Position numbers and translations under genes: made by a program. 64,000 bases of DNA from Octopus vulgaris (Eukaryota): assembly GCA_951406725.2 (NCBI GenBank), contig OX597838.1, positions 31,000,001 to 31,064,000 of the forward strand, in the 5' to 3' direction. A model generated the notes under the pieces. That model saw nothing but the letters and a program-made list of their open reading frames with translations, was not told the DNA's origin and did not search any database. Positions 31,276 to 45,584 of the stretch are shown one piece after another; position 1 is the first letter of the stretch; each line of letters starts with the position of its first letter.

Positions 31276-31493
31276 ATGTGTTTGTGTGTCTGTGTTTGTC
31301 CCCCTAGCATTGCTTGACAACCGATGCTGGTGTGTTTACGTCCCCGTCACTTAGCGGTTCGGCAAAAGAGACCGATAGAATAAGTACTGGGCTTACAAAG
31401 AATAAGTCCCGGGGTCGATTTGCTCGACTAAAGGCGGTGCTCCAGCATGGCCGCAGTCAAATGACTGAAACAAGTAAAAGAGTAAAGAGTAAG
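31097..31493 (+). mobile_element. SINE family A with flanking direct repeat of about 40 bp
   Basis: agatatagatataa(a/g)tgaaaaaat...cgcaa on both sides. Confidence 0.85.
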
Positions 31494-31702
31494 AGATATA
31501 GATATAAGTGAAAAAATGTATAGTAAATACGCAAACAAAAAAATGGACGCAGACTGGCAAGTTAAAAAAAAAACGTATAAAAATGCACAAACGAATGGTA
31601 AAACGTATATTAAGTGCACAAACGGACAGAAAACGGACACAGAAGGTCACAAAATTCCTCATCAGTTATCAACCAGAAGGTATTACATAGTTTCGCGCCA
31701 CT

Positions 31703-32201
31703 TGGAAGCACTCCGTCGGTTACGACGATGAGGGTTCCGGTTGATCCGAATCAACGGAACAGCCTGCTCGTGAAATTAACGTGTTAGTGGCTGAGCACTC
31801 CACAGACACGTGCACCCTTAACGTAGTTCTCGGGGATATTCAGCGTGACACAGAGAGTGATAAGGCCGGCCCTTTGAAATACAGGTACAACAGAAACAGG
31901 AAGTAAGAGTGAGAGAAAGTTGTGGTGAAAGAGTACAGCAGGGATCACCACCATACCCTGCCGGAGCCTCGTGGAGCTTTTAGGTGTTTTCGCTCAATAA
32001 ACACTCACAACGCCCGGTCTGGGAATCGAAAGTTGTGGTGAAAGAGTACAGCAGGGATCACCACCATACCCTGCCGGAGCCTCGTGGAGCTTTTAGGTGT
32101 TTTCGCTCAATAAACACTCACAACGCCCGGTCTGGGAATCGAAACCGCGATCCTATGACCGCGAGTCCGCTGCCCTAACCACTGGGCCATTGCGCCTCCA
32201 C
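31703..32201 (-). mobile_element. SINE family C (tRNA-Arg-like head gtggaggcgcaatggcccagtggttagg), with internal duplication
   Basis: A/B boxes; TSD tttcgcgcc; homologous to 49181-49696 and 60748-61131. Confidence 0.85.
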
Positions 32202-32530
32202 TTTCGCGCCGCTAATGATAAGACTGCGATGATTCTAAACCGGCGGCGTCGGTGATGATACGGCAGAGAGATCCTTGTTTGTGTACACGAGTAGTTTGTT
32301 GTCGAGTGGCCAAACTGGTGGCGACAGAATAACATTGGAATCTGTCTCGTTCAGGGTGTGTATCAGCTAATGAATCGAGTTTTTGGACCTTAACTATTGA
32401 GTAAAGGTGACGAACGGTGATATCATAGAAGCGTCCCATCTGCTAGGCCATTTCCCCCAATGGATCGGTGCGGATCATCGTGGAAGAGCTGGTTCAATCA
32501 ATACTCATCGAACTGAAGTGGGCATCCGGA

Positions 32531-33975
32531 ACGTGGAGAGACTACGTGGTCGAATTTCCGTTGACGGAACGTGGAGAGTCCGTGAGATCGAATTTCCTGC
32601 AACGGAACATGGAGAGTCCGTGAGATCGAATTTGCATCAACGGAACATGGAGAATCTGTGAGGTGGAATTTCCTTCAACTAGGCTTACAAAGAATAAGTC
32701 GGGGTCGATTTGCTCGACTAAAGGTGGTGCTCCAGCATGGCCACAATCAAATGACTGAAACAAGTAAAAGAGTAAAAGAGTCTGTGAGATCGAATTTCCT
32801 TCAACGGAACGTGGAGAGTCTGTAAGGTGGAATTTCCGTCGACGGAACGTGGAGAGTCTGTAAGGTGGAATTTCCGCCGACGGAACGTAGAGAGTCTGTA
32901 AGGTGGAATTTCCGTCGACGGAACATGGAGAGTCTGTAAGGTGGAATTTCCGTCGACGGAACGTGGAGAGTCTGTAAGGTGGAATTTCCGTCGACGGAAC
33001 GTGGAGAGTCTGTAAGGTGGAATTTCCGTCGACGGAACGTGGAGAGTCTGTAAGGTGGAATTTCCGTCGACGGAACGGGGAGAGTCTGTAAGGTGGAATT
33101 TCCGTCGACGGAACGTGGAGAGTCTGTAAGGTGGAATTTCCGTCGACGGAACGTGGAGAGTCTGTAAGGTGGAATTTCCGTCGACGGAACATGGAGAGTC
33201 TGTAAGGTGGAATTTCCGTCGACGGAACGTGGAGAGTCTGTAAGGTGGAATTTCCGTCGACGGAACGTGGAGAGTCTGTAAGGTGGAATTTCCGTCGACG
33301 GAACGTGGAGAGTCTGTAAGGTGGAATTTCCGTCGACGGAACGTGGAGAGTCTGTAAGGTGGAATTTCCGTCGACGGAACGTGGAGAGTCTGTAAGGTGG
33401 AATTTCCGTCGACGGAACGTGGAGAGTCTGTAAGGTGGAATTTCCGTCGACGGAACGTGGAGAGTCTGTAAGGTGGAATTTCCGTCGACGGAACATGGAG
33501 AGTCTGTAAGGTGGAATTTCCGTCGACGGAACGTGGAGAGTCTGTAAGGTGGAATTTCCGTCGACGGAACGTGGAGAGTCTGTAAGGTGGAATTTCCGGT
33601 CGACGGAACGTGGAGAGTCTGTAAGGTGGAATTTCCGTCGACGGAACGTGGAGAGTCTGTAAGGTGGAATTTCCGTCGACGGAACGTGGAGAGTCTGTAA
33701 GGTGGAATTTCCGTCGACGGAACATGGAGAGTCTGTAAGGTGGAATTTCCGTCGACGGAACCTGGAGAGTCTGTAAGGTGGAATTTCCGTCGACGGAACA
33801 TGGAGAGTCTGTAAGGTGGAATTTCCGTCGACGGAACGTGGAGAGTCTGTGAGATCGACTCTCCATCCACAGCACGTGGAGAGTCTATGGAGGTGGAATT
33901 TCCCTCATCGGAACATGGAGAGTCCGCGAGATCGAATTTCCGTCGGTGGAACGTGGAGAGTCTATGAATTCGAAT
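32531..33975. repeat. 38-bp minisatellite (ggagagtctgtaaggtggaatttccgtcgacggaacgt), about 27 near-identical core units plus diverged edge units
   Basis: Direct reading; each unit has the 14-bp palindrome ttccgtcgacggaa; a SINE A 3' fragment is inserted at 32678-32780. Confidence 0.97.
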
Positions 33976-34376
33976 ATCCCTTCCTTGAAGCGTGATACCC
34001 ATTTCTATTCAGTTCTTTCTGAAAAAAGAAAAAAAAAAAGAAAAAGAAAAAAAAACCGCCTTTTCTGTACAAATCACAAATGTGTCGAACAAGTTTTGAC
34101 AGCTTTGGAACGTTGATTGAAAGCAAAGACAATCAGGTGTCGGAAATGTTCAAATTTGTTTTTTTCTACCTGGCACTCCACCGTCATACGTCGGAAAAGA
34201 TCTAAAATTTATTCAAATTTCAAGAGCGATTAAGCAAAAGCTGCAGAGGAAGAATTGAGCAAGAAAAGAAAAGAAAAGAAACGAAAAGGTAAAAAAAAAA
34301 AAAAAAAAAAAATAAAAGAAATATCTAATAACCTAATGTTCCATTTACCGATATTTTTATTTGTCGGTCAGGAGGG

Positions 34377-34700
34377 AAGGCGCGTGGCTTAGTGGTTAGG
34401 GGGATTCGGCTCACGATGGTAAGGTCGTGAGTTCAATTCCCGGCGACGCGTGGTGTCCTTGAGCAAGACTCTTTATTTCACGTTGCTCCAGTCCGCTCAG
34501 CTAGCGGAAATGAGTAGCGCCTGTACTTCAAAGGCGGAGCGGAGAAACCTTGTTACATTCGGTGTCGTGCTGAATCTATGTCAAGGGTACACGAATCTGT
34601 GGAGCACTCAGCCACGTGCCGGTTAATTTCACGAGCGAGCGGGCTGTTCCGTTGATCGGATCAGCAGGAACACTCATCGCCCTCACCGACGGAGAACCAG
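34377..34700 (+). mobile_element. Older tRNA-derived SINE related to family C
   Basis: tggcttagtggtt A box, gttcaattcc B box, tgtccttgagcaag core, tail shared with family C; related minus copy at 55393-55655. Confidence 0.75.
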
Positions 34701-35283
34701 TTCCTATTTACACACTATTGGTTACTCTAGGCTATTTCGTTTAATTCACACGCATGCGCGTGCGTATGTATCCATCTGTAAGTTGTAACGTAAACACATA
34801 CAGTCCTAGAATCAATATTTACACTCTAACTCTGTATTGAGTTCTTTCTCCACTTGCTTGTAAACTGAAATGACACTCTTGTGTTTTTCTTCGTCACGAC
34901 ATATGAATGAGAAAGGAAGGGATGATTGATGAATAAGGAAGGAAGAAAGGAAGGAAGGAAGAAAGGGGTGATGGCAAACTTGGTAGTGGGATGAGGGAAG
35001 TTCTACAATGAAAAAAAATCAAACAGCGTTTCAACTCTGCTTGAGTATATGTGTGTGTATATATAAAAGGGAGTCATGTGAATGTGTATGTGTGTGTGCG
35101 CGCGCAATGGAAGTGGGATGGTGAACATTCAACGCTGAAAAGAAAAATCAAACAGCGTTTCAACTCTTTGTGAGTATATGTGTGTATGTGTGTGCGTGTA
35201 CAAGGGAAGTATGTGAATGCTTGTATCTGCGATTACTATGTACCTTATTTTGTACCTTATTCCAATATAAATTACTACAATTA

Positions 35284-35317
35284 GCTGTCATTTTTGACGG
35301 CACGGGGGTCAGCTAGT
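35284..35317 (+). mobile_element. Possible Helitron 3' terminus
   Basis: Hairpin gctgtca-tttt-tgacggc, 11 nt spacer, then CTAG|T; upstream internal duplication at 35005-35220. Confidence 0.4.
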
Positions 35318-35637
35318 ATATTAATAAAGCCGTTTTATTTCTTATACATAAAGGTGTAAAGTAAACGTACGGAGATGTGTTTTGGTAAAGATACATTTTC
35401 AGCTTCACTATGGATAACCAGAGAAAAGCTATCTATCGGGCTTGTTTCGGTCTTTGTTGCTTCGTCAGATGTTCGTTAATTAGTTTTTCTTTAAGCACTG
35501 TATACAATAATTTCATTATTATTTTATAGAATTATAACATCGCTATTTATAACTGATACAAACACGGAAAAAATTGAATTGTTCTACCGAGACCTGATTT
35601 GTATAAAAGTACAAATGTTATGCAAAACGACCTCACA

Positions 35638-35746
<109 letters not shown>

Positions 35747-35840
35747 CTGTCTCTCTGTCTCTGTCTGTCTGTCTCTCTCTCTCTCTTTCCCCCCCCTCTC
35801 TCTCTATATATAGTTACCTGTCTATCTATCTGTTTGTCTG

Positions 35841-35918
<78 letters not shown>

Positions 35919-36229
35919 TTCTGTCTGTCTGTTTGTCTATATAGCTAGCTAGCAACCTACAGTCGTAGATGATTTTCACCGTCATACAAGCAGTGACATT
36001 CGTTTCCAGTATTCAGCGAAAAACATGTCTGGCCATAGGATGGTGCTAGTGTGGTAGTGGTGGTGGTGGTTGTGGAGAAGGGGTTGTCACGTTGCTTGGA
36101 AACAGGTGAGGTCTGGTGACAAGAAGGGCATCCGGCTGCAGGAAAACCTGTTTCAGTAAACATCGTCCGACCTTAACGCAAGTGTGGAAAAATGGACGTT
36201 ACACCGACGTTGATAACGATGACGCTGAT

Positions 36230-36238
36230 GAAGATGGC

Positions 36239-36308
<70 letters not shown>

Positions 36309-36434
36309 GTGGTGGGGGTGGTGATGATGATGATGATGATAATGATGATGATGGCGATGATGATGATGGCGATGATGATGAAGGTGATGATGATGGCGAT
36401 GATGATGGTGGTGATGATGATGATGATGGTGGTG

Positions 36435-36465
<31 letters not shown>

Positions 36466-36510
36466 AGATGATGATGATGATTATGACGACGACGACGAGA
36501 AACAATGATG
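36230..36510. repeat. (GAT)n trinucleotide microsatellite
   Basis: Direct reading. Confidence 0.95.
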
Positions 36511-36622
36511 ATTATATATATACGTATATGCATACATGTGTGCTTGTGTGAGTGTGTGTATGTATGTATATACATACATACATACATACATACATTATTA
36601 CATACATATATACATACATTTA

Positions 36623-36656
<34 letters not shown>

Positions 36657-38178
36657 CATACATATATGCATGCGTATACATGTTTCTGAATATAAGTATA
36701 TATGTATACTCACACCTACACACACAAATACACACACACACACACACATACTCTCTCTCTCACACACACGCACACATATACACACACACCTTAAATAAAG
36801 CATTTATTTAGTTTTGTTTTATCGGGGTTTTTTGTTTTTTTGTTGTTGTTTTTTTGCTTTTTCTACGTTTTTTTTTTCTTGTCCTATTTTTCCCTTTCCC
36901 ACCGTCATTCATTATACTGCAATATCTCCCCCGTCAGCCTACCCCCACCACCACCTTTTTTCCTCTCCATCACACACACGCACGCACACACATACGCACA
37001 CGCATACACACCCTTGTACGTCTACCTTCCCTTTCCTCATTATGATTTTTTTTCCTTTTATTTTTCTTCTTCCCTTTTTTTCTTCTCTCTTTTGATCTTT
37101 TCTTCCTTTCTTCTTTTTCCTCTTCTTCATTTCTCTCTCTCTCTATATATATATATTTCTGACCAGCAGGTCTTCCTTATTTCATCCTCCCCTTTCCTAC
37201 ATCTCCTTACTTCCACCAGCACCGCCACCACCACCACCACCTCCCTCCTCCTGCCTCCTGCCTCCTTAATTTTTACTCCTCCGCCCTTCCATACTTTCTC
37301 CACAGTTGATCGTACAACAACAGACCTATAACGTTTGTTGCGCGCAACATACGCACACACACACAAACACACACATATTCATACACCCAAGCACACACAC
37401 GGATTTACACAGACACACACGCATACAAAGACATATATATATACATATATACATATATATATGCACACGCATTAACAAATGCGCACTTTCACATTGATAA
37501 ACATATAAATGACATATATACACAAACAAGAACGAACACAAACATACATATGCATATACGCACACACATACTCACGCATACACACATAGGTACATACATA
37601 CATACATACATACATACATACATACATACATACATACATACATGCATACATACACACGCCACAGTGCACACTTGAAGTGAGAAAAATAAGCAGGGAAAGA
37701 ATAGATACAGACATACATGCAGAGATATACCCACACACTCGTAATACAGACACACATACACACACACAAATACGCACGCGCGCGCGAACGCAAGCACGCA
37801 CGCACGCACATACGCGCGCGTATTTTTAGACAAATCCAAGTTTCGGTATTGACATATCTACATGTGTATGTCTATATATGTATATACATACATGTATATA
37901 TATACATGTATATATATATATACATGTATATATACATATGTATATATACATGTATGTACATACATATACATGTATATATATATATATACATATATATACA
38001 TATAAATATATTATATAAATACACATTATATATATACACATATTATATATATATATGTATACATGTGTATGTATCTATGTATATATATATGTATGTATTG
38101 TATGTATATATATATATATGTATGTATATATGTATATATATATGCGCGCACACTCACATACATATCATAAATAAATAA

Positions 38179-38231
<53 letters not shown>

Positions 38232-38746
38232 TCCACACATATATATAGATATATGCGTATATATGTATATTTATGTGTATATATGTGTATTTCATATATA
38301 CATATATAATAATATTTATGTACATACATACATACATACATACATACATACATACATACATACATACATACATACATACATACATACATACATGCATGCA
38401 TGCATGCATGCATGCATATTAGATATTTGAAGTCTCACGACATGCGTTCGAATTGAATCTTTTCTTATCAAAGATTTTCCATAACTCCTTGCTTTACTGG
38501 TCCTTCGTGGTGTGTTTGGTAAAAGAACCCTTCACAAAGTCCATTAACGCTCCAAGACTTTCGCGTCTTCATCTTCTGAAATAACACGAAACGATACGAC
38601 AGTTTTTATCTTTATCAATGCATTTTAAACCTTTAATTGTTTTTTTTTTTTCTTAATTTCCTGATTTCAAGTGTGTGTGTATTGTATGTATTGATATAAG
38701 AATATGTGTGTATACACACACGCGTGTGCGCGCACATATGTAAAGA

Positions 38747-38788
<42 letters not shown>

Positions 38789-38848
38789 CATATATACGCG
38801 TGTATGTTGTTAATGCGTGTTTTGTTGCTATGTGAAGTTATATATAAA

Positions 38849-38902
<54 letters not shown>

Positions 38903-39331
38903 GTTATATAGATTATATATATATATATACACACATATATATATATTTGCACGCATATATATGTATATCTATACATATACGCACACACACACACATATAT
39001 ATATAAATATATGTATATGTATGTATATATATATAAATATATGTAAATATATATATACATATATATGCACGCATATATATGTATATCTATACACATACGC
39101 ATGCACACACATATATATATATATATATATGTAAATATATGTATGTATATATATATATATATATGTGTATATAAACAATTTGAGATGGAACTGAGAAATC
39201 AGTCGCTATTAGTAAAAGTACATATTTGTTGGTAAGCCGTAACTTCGAAGTCACTAATATTTTTTTTTCTTGAGAAAATAAAATTATGTACGTTTGGATG
39301 GATGTACACGCATGCATGTATGCATGCATGC

Positions 39332-39424
<93 letters not shown>

Positions 39425-40086
39425 GATATAAGTGTGTGAATGTATCTGAAAGTATGTGTGCATACATACATACATACATATATATATATATGTACATGTG
39501 TGTATATGTACATATACGCATACGCCATATACTGTCACCTATATTTGCTCGGTTTCATTCACATAACTCGATTCACAATACAAGACACAACCACACCATA
39601 GACGCACCAGCACACACACACACACACACACAGGCACACACACACGCACACAGTCACACACGCGCACACTGTTACACAATATTTCAGACACCAGTCCGTC
39701 CTTCTCTGTCTCTCTCTATCTCTCTCTCCCACTCCCTCTTTTTTTACCATCCACCACAAACGCACACATACTTATATACATTAGGACCTTTCACACACAC
39801 ACACACGCACACGCATACACACACACATTACATTCACTTTACAACTTCCTTTAAACTGTAGCTCGTCCTCTCCCATTTTTCTCTCTACCGCCGTCTCCCT
39901 CCCCTTCCTCCTCCTCCACTGCTCTTTCTACCTCTCCTCTTCCTCCTCTCTTTTCTCTCTTTAAAATCTATTTTTGGCTCCGCTCTCTTCCTCTCTTTCC
40001 TTCCTTGTCTCATAACTTTCACCTACTACTCCTGCCTCCCACTCCTTCATTGTTTTCCCTTCTTTTTCTTCTTTCTTTCTTCCCTG

Positions 40087-40125
<39 letters not shown>

Positions 40126-40237
40126 TTGCGGGGTTTTTCTAATTTGTCTTCAGATTTTTCTCATTCTGTCTCTCTATCCGACATAGCTACAACCATCACA
40201 CACACAGACTCTCGCACACACATCTATCTGTCCATTC

Positions 40238-40349
<112 letters not shown>

Positions 40350-40477
40350 GTCTCTATATATCTACCCCTCTCTCTCTCTCTATATATATATCTACCTGTC
40401 TCTCTCTCTCTCTCTATCTATCTATCTATTTATCTGTCTTCTGTCTGTCTATCTATCTATCGACCTATCTATCTATT

Positions 40478-40539
<62 letters not shown>

Positions 40540-40548
40540 CCTACCTAC

Positions 40549-40607
<59 letters not shown>

Positions 40608-40616
40608 CCTACCTAC

Positions 40617-40652
<36 letters not shown>

Positions 40653-40751
40653 TTGACTAACTGACCCACGAATATCTATCTCTCTTTCTCGCCCTACCTC
40701 TTTTTCTTCTTTCTTTCTGTTTTTCCCACACTCTCTCGCTTACACTCGCTC

Positions 40752-40813
<62 letters not shown>

Positions 40814-41141
40814 TTTCCCTTCCACCTTGACTCTACGCTTACAATCTTCCCGTCCTTCTATACTTTCCTTATCATCTAACTTCTCTATTGGTGACCATAC
40901 TCTTACTTTCCCCCCATCTGCATCATCACCTCGCCATTCTTACAACCGCCACCACCACCACCGGCACCACCACCACCACCACCGGCACCATTCCTTATTT
41001 TTTTATTCCTTTTTCTTTCTTATTTCCTCATTTTCTCTCTTCCTTTTTCTTTTTATCCTACTTTTTTCTTTCACCACAAATATTTCTTTACGTCACCTTG
41101 CTTCTTTAACTAAAACACACACACACACATACCTATCCATC

Positions 41142-41176
<35 letters not shown>

Positions 41177-41197
41177 GCATGTCTGTCTGTCTGTCTT

Positions 41198-42365
41198 CAA
41201 GTTTTTGTTTCAGTCATTTGACTGCGGCCATGCTGGGGCATCGTCTAGTAAGGCCTTAGTCGTAGAAATCAACCCCAAATGTCTTTGGGTACTTCAATCT
41301 ATTATGCATGACCGCTAAGTTTACGGGGATGCAAACAAACCAGCACCGGTTGCCAAGCTGTGGTGGGAACCAAACACAAAGTCACATTTACACAAGTTTT
41401 TGTTTCAGTCATTTGACTGCGGCCATGATGGGGCATCGTCTAGTAAGGCCTTAGTCTTTATTTTTTTAACGTCGGGTACTTCAATCTATTTTGACTGACC
41501 GCTAAGTTTACGGGGATGCGAACAAACCAGCACCGGTTGCCAAGCTGTGGTGGGAAACAAACACAAAGTCACATTTACACAAGTTTTAGTTTCAGTCATT
41601 TGACTGCGGCCATGCTGGGGCATCGTCTAGTAAGGCCTTAGTCGAAGAAATCAACCCCAAATGTCTTTATTTTTTTTAACGTCGGGTACTTCAATCTATT
41701 TTGACTGACCGCTAAGTTTACGGGGATGCAAACAAACCAGCACCGGTTGTCAAGCTGTGGTGGGAAACAAACACAAAGTCACATTTACACAAGTTTTAGT
41801 TTCAGTCATTTGACTGCGGCCATGCTGGGGCATCGTCTAGTAAGGCCTTAGTCGAAGAAATCAACCCCAAATGTCTTTATTTTTTTTAACGTCGGGTACT
41901 TCAATCTATTTTGCCTGACCGCTAAGTTTACGGGGATGCGAACAAACCAGCACCGGTTGCCAAGCTGTGGTGGGAAGCAATCACAAAGTCACATTTACAC
42001 AAGTTTTAGTTTCAGTCATTTGACTGCGGCCATGTTGGGGCATCGTCTAGTGAGGCCTTAGTCGAAGAAATCAACGCCAAATGTCTTTATTATTTTAACG
42101 TCGGGTACTTCAATCTATTATGCATGACCGCTAAGTTTACGGGGATGCAAACAAACCAGCACCGGTTGCCAAGCTGTGGTGGGAAACAAACACAAAGTCA
42201 CATTTACACACACACACACATACATTATATGCATTTCTGTTTCCGTCTACCTAATCCAGTCACGAAGCTTTGGCCAGCATGAAGTTTATAGTTGAAGAAA
42301 TTAACCCAAGGTACCACGCAGTGAGACTGAACCCAGGACCTAGTGGTTGGGAAGCAAACCTCTTT
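41198..42365 (-). repeat. Five tandem copies (about 190-210 bp) of the 3' half of a family A SINE, followed by its single head
   Basis: Units start near 41198, 41392, 41580, 41790 and 42000; head at 42235-42365. Confidence 0.9.
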
Positions 42366-42480
42366 TAATCAGCAGAAATTATAAAACGACTAAAAGACCG
42401 AAAGTTTTGCTCTTGACTTTGGCCCTCCATTCACTTTTGTCAATTTCTATCGATGAAAACTTGCCCTGTCTGTCTGTCTG

Positions 42481-42523
<43 letters not shown>

Positions 42524-42911
42524 CACATACACAAACACACTCACTCACCCATATATAGGCTAAGGGATAGTTAGAAAACTAGTAGCTAATATCAAATTAG
42601 TGACTCAAAACGCGATTACGCACCAAAGAGAAACGTTTTTTTTTGTGATGATTCGTAACAAATGGCCTCATGTTTCGTTGTACTAAACTCATCAAAAAAT
42701 AAATAACTTCGAATAAGCGAATATGCCGTTACGGAGAGCGACTATGAAACTGCAGAATTCATAGGGATCAATAAGGGATTAGATATTTGAATACCAACGG
42801 GCTTTCTGTTCCTGAGGGCTTGTAAATAATATGGGCTTATTGGAAAATAAATGTAGAAAAATATGGGCGTGTGTAGATATGAATAGTGAGTTAGATAGAA
42901 ATAGATAGATT

Positions 42912-43008
<97 letters not shown>

Positions 43009-44053
43009 TGAGAGAAAGAGAGGCAGAAAGAAGGAAGACGTTGGAAGAAGATACTGTGAGATACAGAGAAGGATGTGTGCGTGTGCGTGCGTGCGTGTGC
43101 GTGCGTGCGCATGCGTATGTATGTAAGTATGCATATGTGTGTCATTCAGTTTTATTTCACGATTTCTTGCCAACAGAGAAAGAGTTGGCTTCTAAGCTAG
43201 ATTCGGGGCTCCTTCATTGGAATTTCAACATCAACAGGGCATTTGTACATGTTTTTGTGTATGTGCAGATTTGTATGTTTTGCTTTATGTATGTATTTTC
43301 ATGTGTATAGTTGCATACCTAGACATGCGCATATATACTTAAATACTAAACTTCTGGAAAATTTCACAGATTTTTACAGTTCCAGTGATGGATTGAATCT
43401 GTAGACTTTTAATTAGTTTTCTCCCTTCTAGTTTTGAGAAGCCTAATTTCTCAAGATTGGTATTTAGGCAGTGTATTACATATCCCAGGACCCCAATAAA
43501 TATAGGCATAAACCTGAACTTCTAATTTGGGTAGAGTAACTGTAGATTCCTCAATAGTTCAGCATGGGTGTTTTCTTTTCCACTGATCTTCAGCTTTGTT
43601 AACATCCACTGGGAATTTCCACAAGTGTACACAGTTTCTCTTCTCTATCCCAAATTACTATGTCAGGTCTATTATGCATACATTTTATTGAGATTTTCAC
43701 TGAGACGTTATACCAGTACTCCTTATTATGAGTGGCCACAGCCTCTACCATACTGTGTGTTCTTAATTCTTTGTCCTCGGGATAATCCTTTCGACGGATC
43801 TCATTAATCAGTACCTGGCTACATCATGTCTCATCCGTAGATAATACAGTGACGACATTTTCGGATAATTGCTTATGATGTGGGTGACATCTCCGGTGTT
43901 AACTCTACAAAGTCTGCATCGGTTGTCACATTTTGCTGCTTTTCCTGCGCTCCTGTCCCTTTTGTGCATCAGGTATTTGGTTGATATTTCCTGTTCCTGG
44001 ATTGCAAACGCATACTCTTCAAAGTAGGGGTTAGTAATCCGGTTGTTGGCCCA

Positions 44054-44284
44054 GGTAGTGAGCTGGCAGAATCGTTAGCACGCCGGGCGAAATGCTTAGT
44101 GGTATTTCGTCTGCTACTACGTTCTGGGCACAAATTCTGCCAAGGTCGACTTTGCCTTTCATCCTTTCGGGGTCGATTAAATAAGTACCAGTTACGCACT
44201 GGGGTCGATATAATTGACTTAATCCGTTTGTCTGTCCTTGTTTATCCCCTCTGTGTTTAGTCCCTTGTGGGTAGCAAAGAAATA
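44054..44284 (+). mobile_element. SINE family B (Meta-domain-like core gtcgactttgcctttcatcctttcggggtcgat..aagtaccag)
   Basis: 13-bp TSD ggttgttggccca. Confidence 0.88.
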
Positions 44285-44576
44285 GGTTGTTGGCCCATGA
44301 TAAACTGCTTTGATGATCAATGTTACTACCATCCCGGAGCTTTTTGCTAACATATCCATGCATGATTTTACTGCTCATATACGCTCATTCTTTCATCTGA
44401 TGATACGTTGCGGTAGAATCGTGCGACTCCTTTGGACAGGTATTTAAGGTTACCAGACAAGGACTGCTGTTCAAGGAGCTACTTCCCAAGTTTTATGATA
44501 TTCCAGCCAGCCTCAAGTATGCAAAGTTGGTCAAAAGATGCACTTCGACACTTGGTGGTTAAAATACGTTGCCAAA

Positions 44577-44747
44577 GGCGCAGGAGTGGCTGTGTGGTAA
44601 GTAGCTTGCCTACCAACCACATATTCCTGGGTTCAGTCTCACTGCGTGGCACCTTGGGCGTCTTCTACTACAGCCTCAGACCGACCAAAGCCTTGTGAGT
44701 GGATTTGATAGACGGAAACTGAAAGAAGCCCATCGTATATATGTATG

Positions 44748-44811
<64 letters not shown>

Positions 44812-44905
44812 GAGATAAAACCACTATTGGGCAAATTGGATTTAATCCTAAATCTAATTTTTCTCTGTAAGTTTGGATTTACTCCCTAATATTCTTCTTC
44901 TTCTT

Positions 44906-44988
<83 letters not shown>

Positions 44989-45218
44989 GTGTGTGTGTAG
45001 TTGTGTGTATATGTTTGTGTCTGTGTTTGTCCCTCAACATCGCTTGACAACCGATGCTGGTGTGTTTACGTCCCCGTAACGTAGCGGTTCTGCAAAAGAG
45101 ACCGATAGAATAAGTACTGGGCTTACAAAGAATAAGTCCTGGGGTAGATTTCTTCGACTAAAGGCGGTGCTCCAGTATGGCCACAGTCAAATGACTGAAG
45201 CAAGTAAAAGAGAGTAAA
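44577..45218 (+). mobile_element. SINE family A with internal insertion at 44808-44980
   Basis: Head and tail match the consensus. Confidence 0.8.
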
Positions 45219-45584
45219 AGTGACACGACACGACATTTAAAGGCAGTCTGGGTCGATGTTAAGCCTCTACCGTTTTGTCTTCGTTTTAGGTAGAGGTGAT
45301 CTACATCGCAGGTGAGGTGGAAATTATGCATGCTCGTTAGTACCTTCCGGGTTTTCCCCTCAAAGGTTCGGATCTCACCAAACGTCCAATTAAGTAGCCC
45401 AAGTGCTGGTACGGCCAATACATGGTACGCCACTGCTTTCTTGAATGCAGAGAGTTCCGAGGTACATATTTTCTTTATCCGGTTGTAATATTCATAAGTG
45501 GCACGTGCCTTGTCACAGGTACCATCGTAAGATAGATATTTTTTCACCTACTTCCAGGTACCTGTAACATTCTTCATCAGGAGG

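Larger units (their letters stand above)
43141..45550 (-). mobile_element. Decayed R4/Dong-like non-LTR retrotransposon (RT thumb, CCHC finger, restriction-like endonuclease), interrupted by SINEs
   Basis: KTRKVLT..H..DVDHLYLKRRQNGRGL; KIMHG; FAIQEQEI; CRLC...THII...RHD; PIFIGVLG-type C-terminus. Confidence 0.8.

Noticed and set aside
31500-32530. Possible decayed Penelope-like C-terminus on the minus strand (..LFCRHQF..)
   Set aside because: Too degenerate to support without a database search
32542-34002. 486/385/231-aa ORFs with a 38-aa period; also a CRISPR-like appearance
   Set aside because: All three minus frames are open simply because the 38-bp unit lacks stops; there are no unique spacers and no cas genes
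35432-35475. CTGACGA...GAAAC on the minus strand (similar weak hit at 42665-42700)
   Set aside because: Stems II/III and the cleavage triplet are broken; at most a decayed remnant
36116-36803. Poly-D/H/M/I ORFs (likewise poly-N/Y/L at 52 and 59 kb and YLSI/YVCM ORFs)
   Set aside because: Translations of microsatellites
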